Assembly (NCBI GenBank): GCA_046735395.1
Contig: JBJKQR010000008.1
Span: 52,124 to 116,123, forward strand
DNA length: 64,000 bases
Reading direction: 5' to 3'
Origin: Fidelibacterota bacterium
Lineage (GTDB): Bacteria > Fidelibacterota > Fidelibacteria > Fidelibacterales > DSDE01
Shown here in pieces: positions 9,300 to 18,866 of this stretch. Both the position numbers and the translations under genes were made by a program. Below the pieces are notes generated by a model that searched no databases, was not told where the DNA came from, and saw only the letters and a list, made by a program, of their open reading frames with translations. Positions within the stretch are counted from its first letter, which is position 1. Each line of letters starts with the position of its first letter.

Positions 9300-9782
9300 G
9301 TGAAAAGAATAAGCCTCACATTCATACTCATACTGGCCGGAAGCCTGGCCTTTGCCCAGCCCGCACCCAAACCGGATGGCCCCGGACCGAAGATGGACTG
9401 CGGCCGTCATCCCATGATGTCCAAACTGGACAACGCTCAGCGCGAAGCTCTGATGGATGCCCGCAAGGAACATCAGAAGGCCGTCATTCCGCTTCAGGCC
9501 GATCTGAAAGTTGCCCGCATCGAATATCGGGATCTGATTGCTTCCGGTGCCGACCGGAAACAGATCGACAGGAAGCAGGATGATATCGCGGCCATTCAGG
9601 CAAAACTTGCCAAAGAAAAGACGGATCATCTGCTGAAGGTTCGGAGTATCGTCGGCGAAGAAAACTTTAAAATGATGCAGATGGCTGCCGGAAAGAACAT
9701 GAAAATGTCCTGCGGTGGCGCTGCCGACTGCAAGGCCCCCGGAAAAAAGGGGAAACGGGGCCGGCACTGGTTCAGAAAATAA
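9300..9782 (+). CDS. Spy/CpxP/ZraP-like periplasmic chaperone
   Basis: GTG start after AAGGAG; signal peptide; helical hairpin with Met/Gly-rich ends. Confidence 0.7.
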   Translation: MKRISLTFILILAGSLAFAQPAPKPDGPGPKMDCGRHPMMSKLDNAQREALMDARKEHQKAVIPLQADLKVARIEYRDLIASGADRKQIDRKQDDIAAIQAKLAKEKTDHLLKVRSIVGEENFKMMQMAAGKNMKMSCGGAADCKAPGKKGKRGRHWFRK

Positions 9783-9829
9783 TCGGACTCCCCTCATACC
9801 GACGGGTCTGCGGCCTGACCGCAGACCTG

Positions 9830-9858
9830 AAAAACCCGTGGCGTTGCCGCGGGTTTTT
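9830..9858 (+). terminator. intrinsic terminator
   Basis: aaaaacccgtggc-gtt-gccgcgggttttt. Confidence 0.8.
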
Positions 9859-9893
9859 ATTATCCCCCGGATTTTTCTGCCCCCCTCGACATT

Positions 9894-9952
9894 TATAAAT
9901 ATTAATACAAATTTCTTGTATATAAATTCAAAACAATGTATTTTTATGCATG
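9894..9952 (+). promoter_or_regulatory. three tandem ARG boxes (ArgR operator)
   Basis: cores TAAATattaATACA (9896-9909), TGTATataaATTCA (9917-9930), TGTATttttATGCA (9937-9950). Confidence 0.8.
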
Positions 9953-9983
9953 ATTGGTGGAAATATATACAAGGGACAAACAA

Positions 9984-10460
9984 TTGGATAATAAAAACAA
10001 ACGCCTGATGCTTATTCGTGAAGCGATTCAGACCGGGGATATCTCCTCACAGCAGCAGCTGCTGGAACAGCTGCGGGAATCCGGTTTCGAGGTTACGCAG
10101 GCAACGTTGAGCCGTGATCTGAAATATTTGAATGTGGGAAAAATTGCGGATGGAGAAAAGGGATATCAGTATATCCTGAGCGATGATTATGATTCCGCTG
10201 CAGACCGCAATGAGGATGCGGCCGTACCGGCGGATGCGTTTCTGGGCATCGAATTTTCAGGAAATCTGGGAATCATCCGGACCCTGCCGGCCTTTGCGCC
10301 GTCGATTGCCCTGACGGTGGACAGGCTGAATATCTACGGAATCATGGGGACCATTGCCGGAGATGACAATATTCTTGTTGTTCTCCGCGAAGGGATCCGG
10401 CCCCTGGATGTTCTGAATACACTGGCCCTGAAACTGCCTGAAATCAAAGACAAACTATAG
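9984..10460 (+). CDS. argR: arginine repressor
   Basis: [10 protein letters not shown] and GTIAGDD motifs; probable TTG start after AAGGGA. Confidence 0.95.
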   Translation: MDNKNKRLMLIREAIQTGDISSQQQLLEQLRESGFEVTQATLSRDLKYLNVGKIADGEKGYQYILSDDYDSAADRNEDAAVPADAFLGIEFSGNLGIIRTLPAFAPSIALTVDRLNIYGIMGTIAGDDNILVVLREGIRPLDVLNTLALKLPEIKDKL

Positions 10461-10470
10461 GATAAAACAG

Positions 10471-11724
10471 ATGAAAAGAGACAAAGTAATACTCGCCTAC
10501 AGCGGCGGGCTGGATACCTCGGTTATATTAAAGTGGCTCACCAACAAGGGCTTTGATGTGATCGCCTATGTTGCCAATGTGGGACAGAATGAAGATTTTG
10601 AAAAGGTGCGCGAAAAGGCCATCGCAGGCGGGGCCGTCAAAGTGTATGTGGAGGATCTGCGCGACGAACTGGTACGCGAATATATTTATCCGGCCATGCA
10701 GGGAAATGCCATTTATGAAGGACGCTACCTGCTGGGCACGTCCATTGCCCGGCCTCTCATCGCCAAGCGTCAGATAGAAATTGCTTACAGGGAAAATACG
10801 GTGTACGTGGCCCATGGCGCCACAGGCAAGGGCAACGATCAGGTCCGTTTTGAATTCGGATATTATGCGCTCATGCCGGAAGTAAAAATCATTTCACCCT
10901 GGAAGGACGCGGAATTTTTGGAGGCATTCAAAGGCCGTAACGAGCTACTTGATTATGCGGAAAAATGGAATATTCCCGTCAAGGCGTCCAAGGCCAAGCG
11001 TTACAGCGAGGATGATAATATTCTGCATATTTCCCATGAAGCCGGAATTCTGGAAGATCCGTCAGAACGTTGTCCTGAAGACGTTTACAGCATGTCCGTT
11101 TCGCCGAAGGAAGCGCCGGATACTGAAACTATCATTGACATCCATTTCAAGAATGGCGTGCCCGTCAAGGTGCAGAATATGAATGACGGAACGGAAAAAA
11201 GCGACGCGCTGGAGCTGTTTCTGTATCTGAACGAACTGGGCGGAAAAAATGGCATCGGCCGGGTGGATATCGTGGAAAACCGCTATATCGGAATTAAGAG
11301 CCGCGGCGTGTATGAAACCCCCGGCGGTACGATTCTCTGGGCTGCTCACCGCGATCTGGAGGGCATTGCCATGGACAAGGAAGTCATGCACCTTCGCGAT
11401 ATGCTCATCCCGAAATTTGCCGAAATCATTTATAACGGGCTCTGGTTCTCTCCGGAAATGGATTTCATCATGTCCGCCTTCAACAAGAGCCAGGAAAATA
11501 TCGACGGCTGGGTTCGCCTCTCGCTGTACAAGGGAAATGTAGAGACCATCGGCCGTTTCTCACCGGTGTCGCTTTATGACCAGAATCTGTCCAGTATGGA
11601 TATCGAAGGCGGCTATAATGCCCTCGACAGCAAAGGGTTCATTAATATCAACGGAATGCGCCTGAAGGCTCATAACGTGGTTCTGAAAAAACGTTTTCCC
11701 TATGAATGGAGAACGGAAGATTAA
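10471..11724 (+). CDS. argG: argininosuccinate synthase
   Basis: [34 protein letters not shown]. Confidence 0.98.
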   Translation: MKRDKVILAYSGGLDTSVILKWLTNKGFDVIAYVANVGQNEDFEKVREKAIAGGAVKVYVEDLRDELVREYIYPAMQGNAIYEGRYLLGTSIARPLIAKRQIEIAYRENTVYVAHGATGKGNDQVRFEFGYYALMPEVKIISPWKDAEFLEAFKGRNELLDYAEKWNIPVKASKAKRYSEDDNILHISHEAGILEDPSERCPEDVYSMSVSPKEAPDTETIIDIHFKNGVPVKVQNMNDGTEKSDALELFLYLNELGGKNGIGRVDIVENRYIGIKSRGVYETPGGTILWAAHRDLEGIAMDKEVMHLRDMLIPKFAEIIYNGLWFSPEMDFIMSAFNKSQENIDGWVRLSLYKGNVETIGRFSPVSLYDQNLSSMDIEGGYNALDSKGFININGMRLKAHNVVLKKRFPYEWRTED

Positions 11725-11757
11725 GAAAATAGAATTTGACGGGAAGGGAAAAAGGCC

Positions 11758-12966
11758 ATGAAGCTATGGAATGAAAAAGCGGGTTTTGATGAACTGGTTG
11801 AACAGTTTACGGTCGGAGAGGATCCTGAATGGGATACGATCCTGCTGCCCTTTGACATTCAGGCGTCCATGGCCCATTGCCGCATGCTGGCCTCGAAAGG
11901 ATTTATGACATCTGCGGAGGAAAACAGCCTCCTCGAAGGCCTGAATGCACTGCTGGAGAGCTGGAAAGCCGGGGACGCGGTCATCGCCGATGGGGATGAG
12001 GACGGGCATACGGCGATCGAACGGATTCTGACGGAAAAGTACGGCGACGCCGGCCGTAAAATTCACACCGGACGCAGCCGCAACGATCAGGTGCTGACGG
12101 CGCTGAGACTGTACATGAAGGCGGAGACCCTGGCGCTGATGGCGGATCTGGACGTGTTTTCAGACCGCTTGAAATCCTTCGCGAATCAGTGGGGAGCGCT
12201 GCCGCTTCCCGGTTACACCCATACGCGGAAGGCCATGCCGTCATCCGTGGGAATGTGGACCGGTGCGCTGCTGGCCAGTCTGGACGATGACCGGGCCCTG
12301 CTGAAAACGGTCTATGGAATTCTCGATAAAAATCCGCTGGGAACCGGTGCTGGCTATGGCGTGCCCCTCGATATAGACCGGGACATGACGACAAAGGAAA
12401 TGGGTTTTGCGACGCTCCATGAAAATCCGATTCACGCACAGCTGACCCGCAGCAAATATGAAGGTCTTCTGCTGAATGGCTGCGCGCAGGTGATGGCGGA
12501 TCTGAATAAAATGGCCGCTGATCTGATTTTCTATACTCAGCCGGATCTGGGATTTTTCCGGCTTCCGGATGAATTTGTGACCGGCTCGAGCATCATGCCC
12601 CAGAAAAAGAATCCGGATGTGCTGGAACTGATTCGCGGGAAGTATCATGAAATCTTTGCCGCCGAAATGCAGGTGCGTCAGATTTCCGTGAATCTTATCT
12701 CCGGCTACCATCGGGATTTTCAGCTGACTAAGCCGGTGCTCATGAAAAGTCTGAATACCACAAAAAGCTCGGTGGAAATCGCGAGTCACCTCTTTCAGTT
12801 TCTGGAACCGGTACCGGCGGCCTGTGAAAAGGCCATGACGCCGGAACTTTTTGCAACGGCCCGGGCCTACGAACTGGTGGCCCAGGGAATGCCTTTCCGC
12901 AATGCCTACCGCATTATTGCCGCATCCTATTCCGGCTCGGATCTGGAGGGTGCTGATGAAAAATAA
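11758..12966 (+). CDS. argH: argininosuccinate lyase (short form)
   Basis: IHTGRSRNDQV, GSSIMPQKKNPD. Confidence 0.97.
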   Translation: MKLWNEKAGFDELVEQFTVGEDPEWDTILLPFDIQASMAHCRMLASKGFMTSAEENSLLEGLNALLESWKAGDAVIADGDEDGHTAIERILTEKYGDAGRKIHTGRSRNDQVLTALRLYMKAETLALMADLDVFSDRLKSFANQWGALPLPGYTHTRKAMPSSVGMWTGALLASLDDDRALLKTVYGILDKNPLGTGAGYGVPLDIDRDMTTKEMGFATLHENPIHAQLTRSKYEGLLLNGCAQVMADLNKMAADLIFYTQPDLGFFRLPDEFVTGSSIMPQKKNPDVLELIRGKYHEIFAAEMQVRQISVNLISGYHRDFQLTKPVLMKSLNTTKSSVEIASHLFQFLEPVPAACEKAMTPELFATARAYELVAQGMPFRNAYRIIAASYSGSDLEGADEK

Positions 12967-13999
12967 ACTTCGCGTTTCCATTCTCGGCGTGAACGGCTAT
13001 ACCGGCTTTGAGCTGGTTCGGATGCTGTCATCTCATTCGGATGTGGAGCTGAAACATCTGGCTGTCCGTCAGGAACCGCTGCCGAAAATTTCCGATCTCT
13101 TTCCGGCCCTGAGAGGTATCTGTGATCTGCGCTGCAGCGCCCTGAACATCCCGGACATCGCGGCGGAAAGCGACATCCTGTTTTCCGCGCTTCCCCACAC
13201 CGTTTCCATGAGCTATATTCCCGAATGCCTATCGGTAAATCCCGGGCTGAAAATTATTGATCTGTCGGCGGATTACCGTCTGGAAAATGCCGCCGTGTAT
13301 GAAGCGGCCTATGCTGCGAAGCATGCGGACGCGGGGCGTCTGAGCGAATTTGTGTACGGGCTTCCGGAGCATCATCGGGCCCGGATCGCCGAGGCACAGC
13401 TTGTGGCCAATCCCGGCTGTTTCCCCACGGGAATCCAGCTGGCCCTCATGCCGGCGCTGAAGCATCAGCTCATCGATGTGAAATCCATTATCATCGACAG
13501 CAAAACCGGTGTGTCCGGCGGAGGCCGGCAACCCAGGGCGGCCTTCCATTTCCCTGAAATCAATGAAAACATGCATGCCTACAAGGTGGCGGAACATCAG
13601 CATCAGCCCGAGATCGAACAGGAGCTGAGCAGGATGGCGGAGGAAACCGTGGAGACAGTCTTTGTCCCCCACCTTATCCCGGTGACCCGCGGTATTCTGA
13701 ACACGATTTATGTGAAGCTGAAGGAAAATTCGGCCGAGGAGAATTTACGCAATATTTACGCAGAATTCTATGATAAGGAACGCTTCCTGCGCATTCTTCC
13801 CGCCGGTGAAACACCCCGGATATCAGCCGTCAACTACAGTAATTTCTGTGATGTGGCCATGAAACTGTCAGGACAGACTCTCATCCTGATGTCGGCCATT
13901 GACAATCTGATCAAGGGGGCGGCCGGACAGGCAATTCAAAATATGAATATTATGGCAGCGCTACCGGAAACCCGTGGCCTGCTGAATCAGGAGCAATAA
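12956..13999 (+). CDS. argC: N-acetyl-gamma-glutamyl-phosphate reductase
   Basis: GVNGYTG, DLSADYRL, VANPGCFPT, DNLIKGAAGQA. Confidence 0.97.
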   Translation: MKNKLRVSILGVNGYTGFELVRMLSSHSDVELKHLAVRQEPLPKISDLFPALRGICDLRCSALNIPDIAAESDILFSALPHTVSMSYIPECLSVNPGLKIIDLSADYRLENAAVYEAAYAAKHADAGRLSEFVYGLPEHHRARIAEAQLVANPGCFPTGIQLALMPALKHQLIDVKSIIIDSKTGVSGGGRQPRAAFHFPEINENMHAYKVAEHQHQPEIEQELSRMAEETVETVFVPHLIPVTRGILNTIYVKLKENSAEENLRNIYAEFYDKERFLRILPAGETPRISAVNYSNFCDVAMKLSGQTLILMSAIDNLIKGAAGQAIQNMNIMAALPETRGLLNQEQ

Positions 14000-15207
14000 T
14001 GTTTGAGATTATAAAAATGTCCATCACAGACCCTCTTGGATACGAAGCAGCTGCCGTTCGGGCCGGCTTCAAACGGAAGCGGAAGGACCTCTGCATCGTA
14101 AAATCACAGGTGCCTGCCGTCTCTTCCGTGAAATTCACGAAAAATCTGATCAAGGCGGCACCGCTGCTGCTTGGAGCCGAAAACCTGAAAAAAACCGGAA
14201 ACCGGATTCAGGCCTTTGTGGTGAATTCGGGGAATGCCAATGCCGGGACCGGACATCAGGGATATGAGAATGCAAAGGAAACGGCTGCCCATACCGCCGC
14301 TCATCTGGGGCTTGACCCGGAAATGGTTCTCGTCAGCAGCACGGGGGTTATCGGACATCAGCTGGACATGAAAAAAATGCGTTCGGGCCTGGATCACTGT
14401 TGTGAAAATATTTCGAAAGAAGGCGGGAGTGGCTGCGCCGAGGCCATTCTGACAACCGATACGGTGGAAAAGGCTTTCGGGGGTCAACTCGAGATATCGG
14501 GGAAAACCGTTACCCTGGCCGGAATCACCAAAGGCAGCGGAATGATTGCGCCGAATATGGCCACCACCCTGGCCTTCATCAGCAGTGACCTGAATATTTC
14601 TCAGCCCTGTCTTGATGAAATCTTTACGGAATGCGTGGAAAAAACCTATAACCGGATTACGGTTGATGGCCACATGAGCACAAACGATACGGCGCTGATC
14701 ATGGCGAACGGCCTGGCTGGAAATGAAGAAATCAGGGCCGGATCGGCAGAGTATTTTCTGGTTAAGGAGGCTCTGTTACAACTCATGACGGAGATGGCGC
14801 TTTCGGTGGTCCGGGACGGGGAAGGCGCGACAAAGTTCGTGCAGATCGATGTGACCGGGGCTGCCACGCAGGAGGATGCCCGGATCATGGCCTTTGCCGT
14901 CGCGAATTCTGCATTGGTGAAAACGGCACTCTTCGGAATGGATGCGAACTGGGGGCGGATTCTCAGCGCAGCCGGCATGACGACCGCGGTTTTTGATCCG
15001 AATTTCGCCCGGCTCAACGTGAACGGCCTCTGTATCTTTGAAAAAGGCGAACCTGTATTTCATGACAAACATACCATGGCCGAGCTGCTGAAGCCCCGTG
15101 ATATTCATATTCAGCTCGCCTTTTCCGCAGGAGAGGGACGTGACACCGTTTATACTTCCGACCTGTCCTATGATTACGTAAAAATCAATGCCGAATATCA
15201 TACCTGA
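13999..15207 (+). CDS. argJ: ornithine acetyltransferase / N-acetylglutamate synthase
   Basis: NSGNANA, KGSGMIAPNMATT, DGEGATK. Confidence 0.97.
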   Translation: MFEIIKMSITDPLGYEAAAVRAGFKRKRKDLCIVKSQVPAVSSVKFTKNLIKAAPLLLGAENLKKTGNRIQAFVVNSGNANAGTGHQGYENAKETAAHTAAHLGLDPEMVLVSSTGVIGHQLDMKKMRSGLDHCCENISKEGGSGCAEAILTTDTVEKAFGGQLEISGKTVTLAGITKGSGMIAPNMATTLAFISSDLNISQPCLDEIFTECVEKTYNRITVDGHMSTNDTALIMANGLAGNEEIRAGSAEYFLVKEALLQLMTEMALSVVRDGEGATKFVQIDVTGAATQEDARIMAFAVANSALVKTALFGMDANWGRILSAAGMTTAVFDPNFARLNVNGLCIFEKGEPVFHDKHTMAELLKPRDIHIQLAFSAGEGRDTVYTSDLSYDYVKINAEYHT

Positions 15208-15227
15208 TGCCGTGAAAGGATTTTTAT

Positions 15228-16100
15228 ATGGAAAAATATATCAATAAGGCCCGAATCCTCATTGAGGCCCTTCCCTATATCCAGCTTTTCAGCGGGAAAA
15301 CCATTGTTATAAAGTTCGGCGGATCCATCATGGACAGCGAAGCAAGCATGAAAGCCGTCCTTCAGGATATCGTATTCATGAAATATGCCGGATGGAAGCC
15401 GGTGCTTGTTCATGGCGGCGGCCCGGCCATCAGTGAAGCGATGCGGGACCGGAAGCTCAAGGCCGAGTTTGTGGACGGCCTGAGGATCACGGACCGGATT
15501 ACGATGGATCTGGTGGAAGATATTCTGGGAAATAAAATCAACGCTCATATTGTAAACCTCCTCGAAGCCTTTCAGATAAAGGCCGTGGGTGTAAACGGAA
15601 AGCGTAATAAATTCATCAAGGTGGATAAAGCCCGCTCCGAGGGAAAGCCGGATGCGGATCTGGGATACGTGGGCCATATCCGGTCTGTAAATCCGGGGAT
15701 TCTGCGGGATCTGCTGGAGGAGGGAGTCATTCCGGTGGTGGCGCCGATCGGCCTCGGTGATGACGGACAGGCCTATAATATCAACGCGGATATTGCCGCA
15801 GGAGAGATCGCTTCGTCGCTGGGAGCGCAGAAACTGGTGTACCTGACGGATACGCCGGGAATTCTGGCTGATCCGAAGGATGAGAAGAGCCTGATTTCCA
15901 CCCTGAACAAGGAACAGATGGAAGAAATGATCAAATCCGGCCGCATCAATGGCGGGATGATACCGAAAGTCAGCAGCTGTGTGAAGGCCCTTGGTTTCGG
16001 CGTCAACAAGGGACATATCATTGATGGACGCGTCGATCACAGTCTGCTGCTGGAAATATTTACCCGCAGCGGGATCGGAACGGAAATATTGAAAGACTGA
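15228..16100 (+). CDS. argB: acetylglutamate kinase
   Basis: VIKFGG, VHGGGPAI, YNINAD, GGMIPKV. Confidence 0.97.
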   Translation: MEKYINKARILIEALPYIQLFSGKTIVIKFGGSIMDSEASMKAVLQDIVFMKYAGWKPVLVHGGGPAISEAMRDRKLKAEFVDGLRITDRITMDLVEDILGNKINAHIVNLLEAFQIKAVGVNGKRNKFIKVDKARSEGKPDADLGYVGHIRSVNPGILRDLLEEGVIPVVAPIGLGDDGQAYNINADIAAGEIASSLGAQKLVYLTDTPGILADPKDEKSLISTLNKEQMEEMIKSGRINGGMIPKVSSCVKALGFGVNKGHIIDGRVDHSLLLEIFTRSGIGTEILKD

Positions 16101-16134
16101 CGTCGATCAGGAAAAACGAGAAAGGCCGGGGAAA

Positions 16135-17289
16135 ATGGATAAAGTGAAATTTGATGAACATATATTGGGAACCTATCGCCGGTATCCGGTCGCGCTGGTA
16201 AAGGGCGAAAATTCCCTTGTCTGGGATGATGAGGGCCGGGAATATCTGGATATGTTTCCCGGGTTCGGTGCCGGAAACGTGGGTCATCGGGCCCCGCAGG
16301 TTGTTGCCGCCGTCCGCGAGCAGCTGGACCGTATTCTCCATGTTCCGAATGTGTATTACAATGATGTGCAGGGGCACCTGGCCGAAAAAATCATTGCCTC
16401 GTCCTTTCCCGGAAAAGTGTTTTTCTGTAACAGCGGGACGGAAGCCAATGAAGGAGCCATCAAATTTGCCCGGAAGCGGAATCCGGAAAAGACGGAAATC
16501 ATCACGCTCATCAATTCCTTTCACGGCCGCAGTTTCGGCAGCCTGAGTGCGACGGGTCAGCCGTCACTACAGGAGGGCTTCGGTCCCATGCTGAGCGGTT
16601 TCCGCTATTGTGAGGCAAATAATGTAAAAATGTTGACGGAAATGGTTTCGGACAAAACGGCAGCCATCATGATCGAAGCGGTTCTGGGGGAAGGCGGCGT
16701 ATTGCCTCTGAGTCAGGAATTCATGTCTGCCGCACAGGCGCTCTGCCATGAATATTCCTGCCTGCTTATTTTGGATGAAGTGCAGACCGGCATGGGACGG
16801 ACCGGAAAAATGTATGCCTGGCAGCATTATGATGTTGTGCCGGATATTTTCTGCCTGGCAAAATCGCTCGGCGGGGGCCTGCCCATCGGCGCCTTCGTGG
16901 TGAATGATAAGGTAGAAAATGTTCTGACGCCGGGCAGTCATGGTTCCACTTTCGGCGGCAACGCGCTGGCCTGTGCCGCCGGCCTGGGCGTTTTCGATGC
17001 TCTGGATCGCGGACATCTGCTGGATGCAGCCTTGGAAAAGGGCGCCTACCTGACCTCCAAACTGAAGGATCTGGCGGCCGGATCTTCACGGATTAAGGAT
17101 ATCCGTGGCCTGGGCCTCATGATCGGAGTTGAACTCAGCGAACCCGGCGCGGATCTCGTGGAAAAATTCCGCGAAAAGGGCATTCTGGTCAATTGCACTC
17201 ACCAGACCGTTCTGCGCATCATGCCGGCGCTGACCGTTTCCATGGAGCAGCTGCATCATTTCATCGCCGTTTTCAGCGAACTTCTCTGA
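16135..17289 (+). CDS. argD: acetylornithine aminotransferase
   Basis: FFCNSGTEANE, DEVQTGMGRTG, AKSLGGG, HGSTFGGN. Confidence 0.95.
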   Translation: MDKVKFDEHILGTYRRYPVALVKGENSLVWDDEGREYLDMFPGFGAGNVGHRAPQVVAAVREQLDRILHVPNVYYNDVQGHLAEKIIASSFPGKVFFCNSGTEANEGAIKFARKRNPEKTEIITLINSFHGRSFGSLSATGQPSLQEGFGPMLSGFRYCEANNVKMLTEMVSDKTAAIMIEAVLGEGGVLPLSQEFMSAAQALCHEYSCLLILDEVQTGMGRTGKMYAWQHYDVVPDIFCLAKSLGGGLPIGAFVVNDKVENVLTPGSHGSTFGGNALACAAGLGVFDALDRGHLLDAALEKGAYLTSKLKDLAAGSSRIKDIRGLGLMIGVELSEPGADLVEKFREKGILVNCTHQTVLRIMPALTVSMEQLHHFIAVFSELL

Positions 17290-17419
17290 TTTAAATAATT
17301 TTAAGACTAATTAATCCTTCGCATCGGATCCGACACGGATAAATTCTGTGCGGAGAGGGTCTGATGCAATTCAGTGACCAACCGTCGTCCCTTTGAGCAA
17401 GAGTTCATAAAAATAATTC

Positions 17420-17467
17420 TTGTGAAAGATAAAAAAACTCCCTATTCTGTGACTGACCGGTCGGTCA
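17420..17467 (+). promoter_or_regulatory. sigma70-type promoter with an adjacent TetR operator
   Basis: TTGTGA-17-TATTCT followed by the palindrome TGACTGACC/GGTCGGTCA (17450-17467). Confidence 0.75.
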
Positions 17468-17482
17468 TTGTTTGGAGGATTT

Positions 17483-18115
17483 ATGGCTGCCATGCCCAAA
17501 GACCCACAGAAGGAAGAACGCATCCTGGCGGCGGCCCTGCGCGTTTTTGCCGGGAAAGGCCTTGAACGGGGAACGATTTCCGATATTGCCGAGGAAGCCG
17601 GAATCGGCAAGGGAACCGTATATCAGTATTTTTCATCCAAGGAAGAAATTTTCAAGGCGCTCCTCGTCAATTTCTTTGAAACCCTCATCGTGGAATGGCA
17701 GGCTCTCATACAGGTTGAGGCCGATCCGGCCCGAAAGCTGGATCTGATCATCTCCGCATCCTTTGACCTTTTTGCCGAACCGCTTCCCGAATCCATGGCC
17801 CAGAATTTCCCGGTGTTGCTGGAAATTTTCAGTTATGCTGTCCGGGACCGCTACTTGGGAAGCGCCTCCCTGGATCTGGCCGGAATCCTGAGACGCATGT
17901 TTGCAACGATCGAACCGCTGCTGGCGGCCGGCATGGAGGCGGACATTTTCCGGGACGCGGATCGGGAATACCTGTCCTTTCTGTTCTTCGCATCTCTCGA
18001 CGGCATTGCCATTCATTATTATCTGCAGGACGATCATTATGATTTGAATAAAATGAAGGAAACGGCCATAGAATTTTACAGGAATGCCCTGTTGAAAAAT
18101 CCGGAAGGAGTTTGA
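17483..18115 (+). CDS. TetR/AcrR family transcriptional regulator
   Basis: TISDIAEEAGIGKGTVYQYFSSKEE HTH; SD GGAGG. Confidence 0.95.
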   Translation: MAAMPKDPQKEERILAAALRVFAGKGLERGTISDIAEEAGIGKGTVYQYFSSKEEIFKALLVNFFETLIVEWQALIQVEADPARKLDLIISASFDLFAEPLPESMAQNFPVLLEIFSYAVRDRYLGSASLDLAGILRRMFATIEPLLAAGMEADIFRDADREYLSFLFFASLDGIAIHYYLQDDHYDLNKMKETAIEFYRNALLKNPEGV

Positions 18116-18116
18116 G

Positions 18117-18866
18117 ATGAAACGCGTTTTGATCCTGTTGATAATGGGAGCCGTGGCGTGGCTTCAGGCGGGCGAACCGGATGGCGCCGCTCTGCGTGAC
18201 GGATTGCTGGAGGCGATGAATCCGGAACAGAGCCGGGCCGTCATGAAACAGACGATTGTCACCAGCTCCGGTGATAAACGGGTGCTGGAATATGAAGCCT
18301 GGTCATATAAAAAGGGTGAAATGAGCCTGATGCGTTATCTATCTCCCTCCCGCGTTCGGGGGAATGCCCTGCTGATGAAGGACTTCAGCAATAGAATCTG
18401 GTCGTATAATATACGAACGAAACGCGTAAGGCTGCTTGCCAGTTCCGCGAAGAAACAGAAATTTGAAGGATCGGATTTCACTTATGAAGATATGGGCAGC
18501 GGTGAGACGTGGAAGCAGGATTACAGCGCGGAAAACCGCGGAATTGTAAAAATGAGAGATGTGGATTGTTACGAATTGGATCTGACCGCTCTTTCCGGCA
18601 GAGATGTGAGTTACCGCCGCCTGACCTGCTACCTGCGGGTTTCGGACCGCTTTCCGTTACAGATTGATTATTTTGATGAATCCGGGACGAAGCTCAAAAC
18701 CCTGTTCCTGAATGATATTCGCACGATTCAGGGGATTCTGACACCCTGGCAGTTGATCATGGTGAATGATCTGGACAAGACGCAGACCTCCATGGAATAC
18801 GAGGAAGTGGATTATTCCGTGAACCTGAACGATGATTTTTTCAATGAAATGAATCTGAAGAGGTAA
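18117..18866 (+). CDS. LolA-like 'outer membrane lipoprotein-sorting' periplasmic protein
   Basis: signal peptide; FEGSDFTYEDM motif. Confidence 0.85.
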   Translation: MKRVLILLIMGAVAWLQAGEPDGAALRDGLLEAMNPEQSRAVMKQTIVTSSGDKRVLEYEAWSYKKGEMSLMRYLSPSRVRGNALLMKDFSNRIWSYNIRTKRVRLLASSAKKQKFEGSDFTYEDMGSGETWKQDYSAENRGIVKMRDVDCYELDLTALSGRDVSYRRLTCYLRVSDRFPLQIDYFDESGTKLKTLFLNDIRTIQGILTPWQLIMVNDLDKTQTSMEYEEVDYSVNLNDDFFNEMNLKR

